Source: Squalus acanthias (taxonomy: Eukaryota). Taken from it: 64,000 bases of DNA. This document shows, in pieces, positions 49,091 through 61,625 of this stretch. The notes beneath the pieces are model-generated. The model was given only the letters and a program-made list of their open reading frames with translations, searched no databases and was not told the DNA's origin. The stretch's first letter is position 1, and each line of letters starts with the position of its first letter. The position numbers were made by a program, and so were the translations under genes. The stretch is from the NCBI GenBank assembly GCA_030390025.1, contig CM059433.1:25050001-25114000 (forward strand). Reading direction: 5' to 3'.

Positions 49091-52041
49091 TAGCTCCCAT
49101 ACTGGGATTCTGCCAAGTTCAATTAATTCAGCTGTGTTTAAGGTCGCCACTCCCTTTAAATCCAGCAGGACCTAACCGGCAGGTACAGGCACGGCTGCAT
49201 GTCCTTACCATGATGGAGGAGACGGTATTCGCCATCACTGGAGCGGCCATCGCTGAGGCCTTGGCCAGCGGCAGGGCTGAAACCAAAGAAGATGACGGTA
49301 TTCTCGTATCTAATCCTCCTTCTCACATCCCACTTCCCCCTCATACCACAATCTCTTCTGATGTAGAAGCTGCAGATGGTGTAAGCATGCAACTCTTGCT
49401 TTCCCCACCCCCTCCCCTCACCACAACCCTACCTTTGTGCCTTTCTCCTTTCAGATACCCAAGAATCACAACCTGGCCAGGCAGTGCAGGAAGAGCAACA
49501 GGTGGAAGAACAAGGGTAAGGAGTGTGGAGGAGTCCGCCTCCAACATTGCATAAAGCTCTGTGCACACCATGGAGCTCATCATTTCCAGTCTGCAAAGGA
49601 TGGTAGACTCCCAGAGAGACCATGGCGACCTAGACCTGATGCTGCGTGTGATGTGCGATCTGGCAGCTTCCATTGCAGCACAGGCGGAAGCGACGCAATG
49701 TCTTAGTGCTGTAATGCAGTCTATGCTTGGCGGCATCCAATCTCAGACTGCTCTCATGCAGTCTCAGCTTGATGCCACGCAATATCTGACTGCTGCCATC
49801 ATGGCTGGGTCTACCAGCTAGGGATGCTGAGGTGCTGCCCCAGGGCAGTGGCAGTGGGTCAGTGGAGCAGGAACCTGCTGTCCTCTCTCAGGATGACAGC
49901 ATTCCTGCTCCCACCACTGCCATTCTGCCACTGGCCTTGTCGCTGCCTGTCATCCAGCCAGCCCAGACTGCTGCCGCCCATGCTGAGGTGGTGCAGTGTA
50001 CAGCCGGGCCTTCCAGGCCCAGAGCTGGTCGAGGGCGTCGTACAAGGCCACCTGAAGTCTCCTGCATGAACACTCAACAGCCTTCCACCAGCCCTGCTGC
50101 AGCCACTGGGCCAACACTTCGTAGGAGCACTAGAGCAGGCAAAGGCACAGTAACGAGAGGCACTAAGGGATTGCACAAGGGTGAATAGTAAATATTTTTG
50201 TTGTAAATATGTGATCACTGATTTTTGATAAATATATTAATTCAGTTTGGATTCTTTCGTGGTGTGTCTCATTTCAGATTTGTGCTGTGATATGGCCTGC
50301 GACAGGGATGGAATGATGGGAATGTGGTGAGCAACGGGGATCTGGGGTTTAATTTATTTGAACCGCAGTCTGATGAGGCGGTCACGGACCGCCCTTCCGG
50401 AAGGCCGATTGAGTGACTGCCTCCTCCCTCGCTCCTGTTCCTCCTCCTCCTCCTCCTCCTCGTCTTCCTCTTCCTCCTCGTCCTCCTCCTCATCCTCCTC
50501 TCCCTCTTCCTCCTCCTGAGGTGGTCCCACAATCCCTGGTGGCAAGGGCTGCGCCCCCATGATGACCAAGTTGTGCAGCATGCAGCAGAGCACCATGAAA
50601 TGGGACACCCGCTCAGCCGAGTACTGGAGGGCTCCTCCCGAGCAGTTAAGGCAGCAGAACCGTTGCTTCAGCAGGCCTATGGTCTGCTCGATGATGTTCC
50701 TGGTGGCAGCATGACTCTCATTATATGAGCCCTGGGCAGGAGTGTTGGGTTGCAGAGGGGCCATGAGCCAGGTGGAGAGCGGATACCCCTTGTCTCCGAC
50801 CAGCCAGACATGAGCTTGACGTGATGGCTGGAAGAGTGCTGGCACACCGGTCGGGCGCAGGATGAAGGCATCGTGGCTGCTGCCAGGATAGCGGGCATTG
50901 ACATTGAGGATTCGCTGTCTGTGGTCGCACACCAACTTTACATTAAGTGAGTGGTAGCCTTTGTGGTTACGGAAGATCTTAGGTTTGTTATGCGCTGCCC
51001 GTAAAGCCATGTGGGTGCAGTCAATAGCGCCCTGCACCATGGGCAATCCCGCTATCCTGGCAAAGCCGCATGCACGCTCGTCCTGCTTCTCTCTGGTGAT
51101 GGGAAAGGAAATGTAGACCCTTCTCCTACTGTAGAGAGCCTCTGTGACCTCCCGGATGCAGCGATGGACGGCGAACTGTGAGATGTTAGCTATGTCTCCT
51201 GTTGCAGACTGGAAGGATCCGCTAGCGAAGAAATTGAGGCCGGCGGTGACCTTGACTGCCACTGAGAGAGCCGTGGTCGCCCTGATCTGAGGCTGGAGGT
51301 CTGGTTGCAGGAGGTGGCAGAGTTCTGTGACCACCTCCTTGGTGAAGCGGAGTCTTCTAATACACTGCTCCTCGTTTAATTGGAGGTAGGAGATGTGTTC
51401 TCAGAATACCCTTGGAGGGTAAGGCCTCCTGTTGAGAGCCCTGATGGCCCTCCTCCTCCCTCTGGGCACATGTTCCAGTCTTTCTCGCTGCCTCCGCTCC
51501 CTCCGCCGTAGATCCTGGAGGGCGAGGTCGACTGTCAGTACAGCCCCCACTAATGTAACCAGTTTGATTTTTTAAAGAATAAATGTAACTACTTTTTAGT
51601 TGCCACAACACTCCTGTTGCAAAAGAACCTTGAAAGTACTGAATGAAACTTGGACCATGTGAAACTGACAAGAAACCACTAAAACTGCACTAACCTGACA
51701 GCTGCGTGTCATTACTGATGATCCCTTTAAATAACATCCCTGGAGTCGGCTTTCTGCTGCTTCACGCCAGCTCTCCCTGTTGCTGTTTACTCCAGGCGCT
51801 AAGGTAGGTGGCAACAATCAATTTCACAGATCGGGTGCTCAGTGAGCTTTGCACACTCACTAACATCACAATCCACCTGGCATTGAGGCTTCCGGCGATA
51901 ACTGTTACTGGTGGCGCTACGGGCGGGCGGGTTTTGGCGCGTGGTGCTGGATTTGCCTCACACCAGCGATACTGCTCTAGTGCCCCGTCAGTGCCATCTG
52001 CTGGTGCTAACTGGAGGCGCAAAGGGGACGAATTTTTCCCC
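49091..52041 (-). mobile_element. PIF/Harbinger transposon: transposase on -, Myb/SANT ORF2 3' exons on +
   Basis: TIR gaatttttcccc near 52030-52041; 49150-50190 homologous to 37523-38620. Confidence 0.9.
50354..51334 (-). CDS. Harbinger (HARBI1-like) DDE transposase, near intact
   Basis: [34 protein letters not shown] motifs; acidic C-terminal tail; frame extends upstream past one TGA at 51401-51403. Confidence 0.88.
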   Translation of the reverse strand: MVTELCHLLQPDLQPQIRATTALSVAVKVTAGLNFFASGSFQSATGDIANISQFAVHRCIREVTEALYSRRRVYISFPITREKQDERACGFARIAGLPMVQGAIDCTHMALRAAHNKPKIFRNHKGYHSLNVKLVCDHRQRILNVNARYPGSSHDAFILRPTGVPALFQPSRQAHVWLVGDKGYPLSTWLMAPLQPNTPAQGSYNESHAATRNIIEQTIGLLKQRFCCLNCSGGALQYSAERVSHFMVLCCMLHNLVIMGAQPLPPGIVGPPQEEEEGEEDEEEDEEEEEDEEEEEEEEQERGRRQSLNRPSGRAVRDRLIRLRFK

Positions 52042-52114
52042 TTCGTTTTTTTAACCGTTAGGATATGGTGACTTAAAGAAGCTTCATGTTATCTTGACCT
52101 AATTACAGTAATAT

Positions 52115-52230
52115 AAAGAAAGAAAGATTTGCATTTATATAGCGCCTTTTACAACCACTGGACATCCCAAAGCGCTTTACATCCAATGCAGTATTTTTTG
52201 AAGTGTAGTCACTATTGTAATGTAGGAATA
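52115..52230 (-). mobile_element. DeuSINE-like SINE tail
   Basis: ttgcatttatatagcgcctttt...gaagtgtagtcact, reverse complement of 32690-32790. Confidence 0.8.
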
Positions 52231-52792
52231 TTGTAATGTTGTAATATTGTGATTCTGTCACCTAATAGCTACCTAAAAAAAATTATTTTTAAATATAAAA
52301 CATAACAGGGGAAAAATTCATCCCCTTAACACCTCCCATTAGCGCCAGTAATGGGGCGCTAGTCCAGTATCGCCGGGGTAAGGCAAATCCAGCGCTGCAC
52401 GCCAAATCCGCCCACCGCCCCCCCCCCACCCCCCCGTAGTGCCGCCGGTAAGAGGTATCGCTGGTAACGTCAACACCAGGTAGATCGTGATTTCCGTGAG
52501 TGTGGACCGCTCACTGACCGCCCGATTTGCAAAATTGGAGTAAACACCGAGAGGTAGAGCTACCGTGCAGCACCAGGAAGCCAGCTCCAGGGATGTTATT
52601 TAAAGGGATCATGAGTAATCACTCGCAGCTGTCAGGTTAGTGCAGTTTCAGTGTTTTTTTTGTTAGTTTCACCCACTGCAACAGCTTCATTCAGTAATGT
52701 CAAGGTTCTTTTGTATCAAGAGTCTTCTGGCAACTAAAAAGATAGCTACATTTATTCTTCAAAGATTCAAACTGCTACACTTGGTAACATTA

Positions 52793-53936
52793 GTGGGGGC
52801 TGTACTGGCGCCACCTCGCCCTCCAGGATCGACAGCGGAAGGAGCGTAGGCAGCGAGAAATACGGGAACATGTGCACAGAGGGAGGAGGAGGACAATCAG
52901 GGCTCTCAACAGGAGGCCTTATCCTCTGAGGGTATTCCGAGAGTTCTTATCCTACCTTTAATTAAGCGAGGAGCAGTGTATTAGAAGGCTTCACTTCAGC
53001 AAGGAGGTGGTCACAGAACTCTGCCACCTCCTGCAACCAGACCTCCAGCCTCAGATCAGAGCGACCACGGCTCTCCCAGTGGCAGTCAAGGTCACCGTGG
53101 CCCTCAATTTCTTCGCCAGCGGATCCTTCCAATCTGCAACAGGAGACATAGCTAACATCTCACAGTTTGCAATCCATCGCTGCATCCACGAGGTCACTGA
53201 GGCTCTCTACAGCAGAAGAAGGGACTACATTGAATTCCCAATCACCAGAGAGAAGCAGGACAAGCGTGCATGTGTCTTTGCCAGGATAGCGGGCCTCCCC
53301 ATGGTGCAGGGCGCCATCGACTGCACCCACGTGGCTTTGCGGGAACTGCATAACAATCCTGAGTTCTTCCGTAACTGCTGCCACTCACTTAGTATGCAAC
53401 ACACAGCGAATCCTTAATGTCAATGCCCGCTATCCTGGCAACAGCCACAATGCCTTCATCCTGTGCCTGCACTCTTCCAGCCACCAGGCCAAGCTCGAGG
53501 GTGGCTGCTCGGAGGCAAGGGCTATCCACTCTCCACCTGGCTCATGACTCCGCTCTGCAACCCCAACACTCCTGCCCAGCACTCATATATTGAGAGCCAT
53601 GCCGCTACCTGGAACATCATCGAGCAGACCATTGGCTTATTGGAGCAACGGTTCCACTGCCTTAACCGCTCAGGAGGTCCCCTCCAGTACTCACCAGAAT
53701 GGGTGTCCCATTTCATGGTGGTCTGCTGCATGCGCCACAATCTGGCCATCACGAGGGCGCAGCCCTTGCCAGCAGGGATTGCGGGACCACCTCAGGAGGA
53801 GGACAAGGCAGAGGAGGATGAGGATATGGTGGATGAGGAGGAAGACGAGGAGGAGGAGGAACAGGAGGAAGTCAGGAGGCAGTCACTCAATCAGCCTTCT
53901 GGACGGGCTGTTCATGACCGGCTCATCAGATTCTGA
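52793..53936 (+). pseudogene. Frameshifted Harbinger transposase
   Basis: ORFs 53007..53417 and 53463..53936 highly similar to 50354..51334. Confidence 0.9.
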
Positions 53937-54291
53937 TTCACATGATCCCCGTAGCTCACCATATCCCCATCACACATTCCCAGTCTGATGGTGTATCACA
54001 GCATCCTCCTGGGCACAAAGGTGAAATGAGAGAGACCACAAAATAGTCCAAAGACCATTAATACATTTATCGAAAAACATATCACACATATCCCATGATT
54101 CGAATAACTAATGACCCTTGTGCCTGCCATAGTTGAATAGCTGTCATTGTGTGCAAGGTGTGAGATGTGGGTGTGAGTGTTGGTAGATAGAGATTGTTGG
54201 TGGGTGAGTGCTGGGGTTTGGTGCTTTGGGCAGTGTATGAAGATTATGGTACAGATGGTGGCATGTAGCATTTGTTGAAGTACTCACTCAC

Positions 54292-54536
54292 CCTGACCAC
54301 CCGAGTGAGGTCGTTAAATTTCTTCCTGCACTGGGTGTGGGTCCTGGGGACCACAGTGCTGCCTGAGACGTGCTGCGCTACCTCCCTCCACATGGTGTGG
54401 AAGACTTGTGGTGCGAGCCTCCTGCCACTTGCTGGGTAGAGCACCGCCCTCCCGCTCTCTCCACAGTGAAAACCAATGCCTCCAATGCTTCATCGGAGAA
54501 TTGGCAGGCTCACTCCCTGGGGCATGGATCTGCCAT
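54292..54536 (-). pseudogene. Harbinger Myb/SANT-like ORF2 exon 1
   Basis: FSDEALEALV...WREVAQHVS...RTHTQCRKKFNDLTRVVR then gtgagt. Confidence 0.85.
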
Positions 54537-55785
54537 GAGCACACCTGGTTCAGTCCTCTGGCTCCTTCTCCTTGTTTTGCTTTTGCTTGCTGAGGCACCT
54601 GCACAGCCAGCAATGCTGAGAATGAGGTGGTGCAGCATCAATGAACCTCCCCTTTAAGTAGTGAAGAGAGCCAATGGCAATGATGAGTTGTGATTAGACT
54701 GCACCCAATATTGGTCCACTTTTTAAGTCTAACACCAATGAGCTTGGGTTTTAAGATTTGATTTAAGACTCCAATCATTTTATTGAGCAGTGAGGATGAA
54801 TTTTGCGTGCAGTCTAAAGCATTTGCGCCTGGCGCTAATTCTCCAACTATTCTGCTCACAGCGCCCATTCCTTGGCTACAACGAATTTCTAGCTCGTTAA
54901 CGTATTTGCCCTTTTTGCAAATACATGTTTTTCGGTTTTTGCTGCTTAATATGGCTGCCATTTTTTTGTTGGGTGAGCTGAGCAGACCACAATTGATGCA
55001 CTAACACCCACATGAACTCTGACCTTATTTCCCTAATGGTACAGTGGCAGCTCATTAACCACATGTTGCTCCAGCTAACTTGGATGGAAGTGAGAATCAC
55101 TGCACCAGACAGAGCAGAACCACTCTCCTGTGTGCAGCTGCTGAAGGTTATTTATGCGGTGACTATGAAATAAATGCATAACCTCAGTGCTGAAGGGATG
55201 ATTAAGTTTTTGCATTGTAACTTACACATTTATTGCTGGCAATAAATTAAGCCATTAATGAAATATTACAGTTGTAATAAAACATGAAAGGTAATCTATG
55301 GAATCCTGTGGTATAATTTTTTTTCCCTGAATGAATAACTCCCAAGTGCATGTAATGCTTAGACTGGTCTCGTGGGTATTGTTTTAAAACTTCTGTAACT
55401 TTTTAAATTTCACCAGGAACTATTATTACCGTGAAGTGTGCTCCATACTCTTCCTGTTCAGTCCGAGAGCCATTTCTAATCTTACTATTACCAACATTAA
55501 TAAAATATTATGCACATTAAGCAGCATAAAAACCTGAGATAATCTACTTGGCTTTTGTTAATGAGTCTTGACTTTGATTGCATCGGCAGTAACTGAAGCA
55601 CAATAGCTTACGAACACCAATGAGAGACAGACCATGCTTCAGGGAAAATGCACTCACACTGATTTTTTATTTTGCAAAAAATTATCAACATGGGGTAATT
55701 TCACGCTCCGACTCCTTGGATTCTGGCATAACTAACTCTTTGGATGATTCACAATCCAAAGCCTTTTGTTCATATTTTTACATCT

Positions 55786-55926
55786 AAACAAAAGCAAATA
55801 CTGCGGATGCTGGAAATCTGAAATAAAAACAGAAAATGCTGGAAATGCTCAGCAGGTCAGACAGCATCTGCGGAGAGAGAAACAGAGTTAACGTTTCAGG
55901 CCGATGACCCTTCGTCAGAACTCTAT
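55786..55926 (-). mobile_element. Short Penelope-like element copy
   Basis: Reverse complement matches 48106-48238. Confidence 0.85.
55882..55926 (-). ncRNA. Minimal type I hammerhead ribozyme motif with 8-bp stem I
   Basis: AUAGAGUU-CUGACGA-AGGGUCAUCGGCCU-GAAAC-GUU-AACUCUGU. Confidence 0.75.
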
Positions 55927-55977
55927 ACCTACATAGTTTATTTATCGATGTTTTGAACCATGGTTCGTTCATTACAG

Positions 55978-56039
55978 TTGTATTGTCTGAAGAGGAGCGT
56001 GAAGATAAGAAGGGAGAGACAGGAGAGGAATTTCGGGAG
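55978..56039 (+). other. Candidate 62-nt host exon
   Basis: ttcattacag acceptor, purine-rich open frame VLSEEEREDKKGETGEEFRE, gag/gtgggg donor. Confidence 0.35.
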
Positions 56040-57683
56040 GTGGGGGTGACACCACTGGTATTGTGGGATGCTATCTAATGTCAAAATGGTTGAACTGAAG
56101 CAACAAAATAGAAAGCCTGGGGCTGGAACCTCCGGGTCCTCGACAGGATCACCTCACAACCAGCAGGGCAGAACGTTCTGTACAGGTGTTGCTGGATTTT
56201 CCGATACATGGTCTTGGCTGATGAAGCTCCACTGAAGACAGCGTTGACCCCAACTGCCAACTCCCAGGTGTGAGAAGGGGGATTCTTGCGGCACTCTATC
56301 AATTAAGCGGAGACTCCATCTGGTGGCTGAATATGTTCTGATTGGTCACTTTCCTTTAAATGGCTGCTTCGCTTTGAATGACTGCTGCAGCCCTTTAAAT
56401 AGTTGCAGCGTTGAAGTTCCAGAGGCAGCACTCTGCATGGGCGGGAGCCTGCTATCAATGTCCAATGAGGGCTGAACCTAGAAGTTCAGGTGGAAACAGA
56501 AATGTGCATTATGCCGCTTGGATGTCACGCTGCAAACTGTCCCAGTCCCAATTGTGCACATTATGCAATTTCCTACTTATAGGAGTAGAAATTGTTATGC
56601 GTTGTGCATATTTTTTTGGCATAAAACGTGTGCAAAGCATACCAATTTAGCAGTGGGATAGCCTGCGCCCAATCTGCGCAGTCATTGTTCCCACCGCTAA
56701 ATTTCTGGGGCCCATTTTTTAAGTGTCCCGGACGTTAGGCCTCTTGAATATGTAAAGTTAGGAGCCTAATGTCTGTTAAAGGACCCCTTTACAAAATGAG
56801 TCAGCGATGAGGATTCTTCGGTGGCCCCGCAGCCGCCAACGAAAGGTGAGGTTATGAACAGAATTATTTTTATAAAAACCTTCCTGGAGAGCCAGGAGGA
56901 GCAGGAGAGCGCCCCCGAATTCCACAGGCATCACAACGCCCCCACCCCAACCCCCACCCCCAACCTACTCCAATACCCACCACCCCCCCAACCCCGGAAG
57001 TTAGCTGATGGTCACTGCCAGCGTCACAGTGACCCAGCATTGGTGTCTACTTCGCCAGTGAGCTGCCTGGGAACCACAGTAGGCGTCTGCAGCTCACTGG
57101 TCTCAATTAGATGAGGCCCAATTTCGATCAGTCTGGCGCAGGGATCGTTCCATGAGCCCAGTGGGCTGGAGCCATGCAACTTCTACTCCATAGTATTTAC
57201 AATTTTTTATCTCGTGTGGTGTTGCTTGCTGCGAATTGGAGGACATGCTGTTTTATATAGTCTCCTAAGCTCTGATAGCAAGTAGGTCTCCTGCTCCCAG
57301 TTAGAGGTAACACCACCATTCAACAAGGTTTCTCTCCCTCTTCCTCCACTTTGCCTCAACAGGGTCTCCCCCTCAAAGAATTCTCTCTCCATTGTCCACA
57401 AGTATATCTCCCTCTCCTTCTCTCCCCATGCGTAGCAAGATCTCTCTCTCTTACACCAATAGTATCTCTCTCTACCTCTCTATCCCAACATGGTGTGTGT
57501 GTCTCTCTCCCTTTGTCCCTCTCAAACAGGCCACCAACAATCTCCCTCTTCAGGCGTCTCTTTTCTCTTCTTTCTCTCCACCTGCCATTCACCCTCTCTT
57601 CCCTCCAAACAGGCCTGTCTCGGTCCCCTTCCCATTCTTCTAGGTCAGCAGACTGCAGCATTGCTGAAGTAAATAAATCGGCA

Positions 57684-59974
57684 AAAGCAAAATATTGCGG
57701 ATGCTGGAAATCTGAAATAAAAACAGAAAATGCTGGAAAACACATATTTATGAGGCGGTGGGGAGGGAGCGGTGGGGAGCAGTTTAGGACCTGATTACCA
57801 TTTATGGAATCCATTTCCTGCCGCAGCCAGCCAGATTGAGAGGCTGGTAGGCTTTTGGCACCAGGCCACAACAGGGGATCGGAGATGAGTGAGGGAGAGA
57901 TCGGAAGTGTCGGGGGGCTTGGGGATTGGAAGGGTCGGGGGGAGATCGGATGGGTCATGGGGTGAGATCGAAAGGATTGGGGGAGATCAGAAGGGTCAGA
58001 GGGAGATCGGAAGGGTTGAGGGAGATCGGAGGCCGTAGCCGGGGAGCGGAGGAATTGGAAAGACCGGGGGGATGGAGGGAGATCGGAAACACCGAGTCAG
58101 TGGGAGATCATGGCTCGGGGAGATCAGATCGAGGGGCAGGGCAATAACCGGGGCAAGTTAACAGGTTTTCTTGGTGGGCCTGCATTCCCGCTCCTCCTGA
58201 CCCACAAGCAGTGCTGTAAGGGCACTTACCTCTTGCATGCTGCAGTCCTCACCTCCCTTTAGCTGCCAGGTTTCCTGAAGCCTGGAAAACCTGGCCAAAA
58301 TAAAATGGAGATAAAATCTGAGTTTATAAATCATTACATTATTTGAATGATCAACCCGCTTCCTGAGAGCAGGTTGATCGCCCGGCCCCCGTCCCGCATC
58401 CGTTAAAACCGGATTTAGGCCTGTTCGAGGGGGTGTTGGGCTCATCCCACGCAACTCAAACCCTCTCATTTTTGGGGGTTAAAATTCTCCTTGTTAACTG
58501 TGTTTCTGTCTCCACAGATTTTTTGGGTTTTTAATTCGTTTTTATGGGATGTGGGCGTCGCTGGCAAGGCCAGCATTTATTGCCCATCGCTAGTTGCCCT
58601 TGAGAAGGTGGTGGTGAGCTGCCTTCTTGAACCGCTGCAGTCCGTGTGGTGAAGGTACTCCCACAGTGCTGTTAGGTAGGGAGTTCCAGGATTTTGACCC
58701 AGCGACGATGAAGAATCGGCGATATACATCCAAGTCAAGATGGTGTGTGACTTGGAGGGGAACTTGGAGGTGGTGGTGTTCCCATGTGTCTGCTGCCCTT
58801 GTCCTTCTAGGTGCAAGAGGTTGCGGGTTTGGGAGGTGCTGCCGAAGAAGCCTTGGCGAGTTGCTGCAGTGCATCTTATAGATGGTACACACTGCAGCCA
58901 CGGTACACTGGTGGTGGAGGGAGTGAATGTTTAAGGTGGTAGAGGGGTTGCCAATCAAGTGGGCTGCTTTTTCCTGGATGGTGTCGAGCTTCTTGAGTGT
59001 TGTTGGAGCTGCACTCATCCAGGCAAGTGGAGAATATTCCATCACACTCCTTACTTGTGCCTTGTAGATGGTGAAAAGGCTTTGGGGAGTCAGGAGGTGA
59101 GACACTCACACAGAATACCTAGCCTCTGACCTGCTCTTGTTGCCACAGTATTTATGTGGCTGGTCCAGTTAAGTTTCTGGTCAATGGTGACCCCCAGGAT
59201 GTTGATGGTGGGGGATTCAGCGATGGTAATGCCATTGAATGTCAAGGGGCGGTGTTTAGACTCTCGCTTGTTGGAGATAGTCATTGCCTGGCACTTGTGT
59301 GGTGTGAATGTTACCTGCAACTTATCAGCCCAGCCTGAAAGTCGTCCAGATCTTGTTGCATGCGGGCATGGACTGCTTCATTATCTGAGGAGTTGTGAAT
59401 GGCACTGAACACTGTGCAGTCATCAGCGAACATCCCCATTTTTGACCTTATGTTGGAGGGAAGGTCATTGATGAAGCAGCTGAAGATGGTTGGGCCTAGG
59501 ACACTGCCCTGAGGAACTCCTGCAGCGATGTCCTGGGGCTGTGATGATTGACCATCAATCACCACAACCATCTTCCTTTGTGCTAGGTATGACTCCAGCC
59601 AGTGGAGAGTTTCCCCCCCCCCCCGCCCCCCGATTCCCATTGACTTCAGTTTTACTAGGGCTCCTTCATGCCACACTCGGTCAAATGCTGCCTTGATGTC
59701 AAGGGCAGTCACTCTCACCTCACCTCTGGAATTCAGCTCCTTTGTCCATGTTTGGACCAAGGCTGTATGAGGTTGGGAGCCGAGTGGTCTTGGCGGAACC
59801 CAAACTGAGCATCCGTGAGCAGGTTATTGGTGAGTAAGTGCCGCTTGATAGCACTGTCGATGACACCTTCCATCACTTTGCTGATGATTGAGAGTAGACT
59901 GATGGGGCGATAATTGGCCGGATTGGATGCTGCCTGACCTGCAGAGTGTTTTCAGCATTTTCTCATTTGTATTT
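57684..59974. mobile_element. Inverted Penelope-like insertion broken by later insertions
   Basis: Arm 57684-57742 (-); arm 58493-58519 plus 59926-59974 (+); flanking repeat taaataaat(c/a)ggca at 57670-57683 and 59975-59988. Confidence 0.7.
58520..59925 (-). mobile_element. 5'-truncated CR1/L2-group LINE (decayed RT)
   Basis: ORFs 59311..59760, 59090..59320, 58590..59105; same family as 4421-5602. Confidence 0.92.
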
Positions 59975-61431
59975 TAAATAAATAGGCACATGTTTTTGTC
60001 CTTTAAAAAAAATGATTAAAGTTCACCCATTTCTGAATTGGAGAGTAACTTAGCATTTCATTGCTAATTCCAGTGGATTGGTGAACATGCTTAATGAAAT
60101 TATTGCTGAGCTCTCTGCTTGTTACCTGATGCAACATGGCTCCTTGTTATGCACACGGTGGTGTGAGAGATTGCTATCTTAATCCAATCTGGTACATTTT
60201 CATTATCTTTTTCAAAGAAGCTTTCATTTGTTTAATCCATAGTGCGTGAAATAGGAACATGCCTGAAGGAGAAGTATTTACATTGTGATGTTGCTTCTGT
60301 ACAAAAGTTTGATTTTATGATATTCGAAAATGCTATGAAATGTCTACCGACAGTGTAAGAGTTCAAAGAATTTCTCCAAAGCAAAACTGAATGCTTTTGC
60401 CATGAGAACCAGATTTATCCAGCCCAAAATGTCAATTAAAATAAATGCTCATTTGTACAATGGCAAAAGAAAGGGATATCGACAAATTCCTCTCTCAGGG
60501 GCTTGTAGGTTGAGATTGGCCAAACTCATTTCACATAAAACCCTATAGCCAACAGAGACAGTGGAGATACTCCGGACTAGGTCGGATATCAAGTAAGGCC
60601 TCAGAGGTGGAATGTGGCAGTGCGATTGCCCACTGCGCCCCTGAAGTGTTTCTGAGTATAGGTTTATCTCCGTTGTATACATTGAAGGAGATCGGGAGCG
60701 AGTGCAGATTTGTCCCTTGTTCCACTGGGTCTTGTGCATTGATATGGTGGTATCTTCGGAAGGGGGCTGACTAGGCCCGTGACTTCAGTCGTGTTAACTG
60801 ATGGCTGTGAGGGGTGCAATATCGGAGGAAGTGCTGCCTCTGCCTTGTACAAAGTCTGTTAGTGGGAGACGGATTTAAGAAGTTGAAATTTCGTTTGATC
60901 TCTTCATTTCAGTCCAGCTCTCCAGAGCCTGCAGGATAAGAAGCTAGTGGTGCATTTCTTATTACTGTCCGATGAGAGCAATCTCTGCTCACTGCTCTTT
61001 CTCTCTTACATTTGTTGTCGAGTGCTGGGCTCTGATGAAGAGCCAATTGCTCGAGAGTGCTCGTGTGTGACCTGCGCCATGTGTCGACTTTGCTGCTTTA
61101 ATCTGACGGCAGCTTCATAGACCTACATTTTTAGGCTGTTGGATCCTTGAACATTGATTTACTTAAACTAGGAAATGCAGCCAACAGTGGGAGAACTGTG
61201 TACTTGCTGTCAGCCTCTGATGTAAACGTGCCGATAGAAAACCACAGGGGAAGACCCTAAAACCAATTGCTGACTGGCACACTCAATAATAGGAATACTT
61301 AGGTCAGCAACCTGAGACACCGGGGTAGCTTTTCATCTCCACCGCACGTGCAGTAATCTGGTGGAGTGACTCGCAGGTCTGTTAAAGAACCCATCTGATT
61401 TTCATTCCATTGAAATCAAGGCTGAAAATCA

Positions 61432-61560
61432 CCCTCTATATGTCTCTCCCTCCCTCTATTTGTCTCTCCCTCCCTCTATATGTCTCTCCCTCCCTCTATA
61501 TGTCTCTCCCTCCCTCTATATGTCTCTCTCCCTCCCTCTATTTGTCTCTCTCTCCCTCAT
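61432..61560. repeat. 20-bp CT-rich minisatellite (ctctccctccctctatatgt)
   Basis: About 6 visible units. Confidence 0.85.
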
Positions 61561-61625
61561 GCTCAGTCTCTCTCCCTCTTTTTGCTGCACACCATCTCTC
61601 TCTATCGTTCTCTCCTTCACACACT

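Larger units (their letters stand above)
52308..54895 (+). mobile_element. PIF/Harbinger transposon with both termini, internally deleted in ORF2
   Basis: Left ggggaaaaattc, right gaatttctagctc; transposase on +, Myb exon 1 on -. Confidence 0.9.

Noticed and set aside
50354..51334. Domesticated host HARBI1 gene
   Set aside because: Sits within TIR-bounded multi-copy elements and has an upstream in-frame stop
60449..60930. Minus-strand ORFs in unique-looking sequence
   Set aside because: No recognisable motifs, and all three frames after the candidate acceptor hit stops
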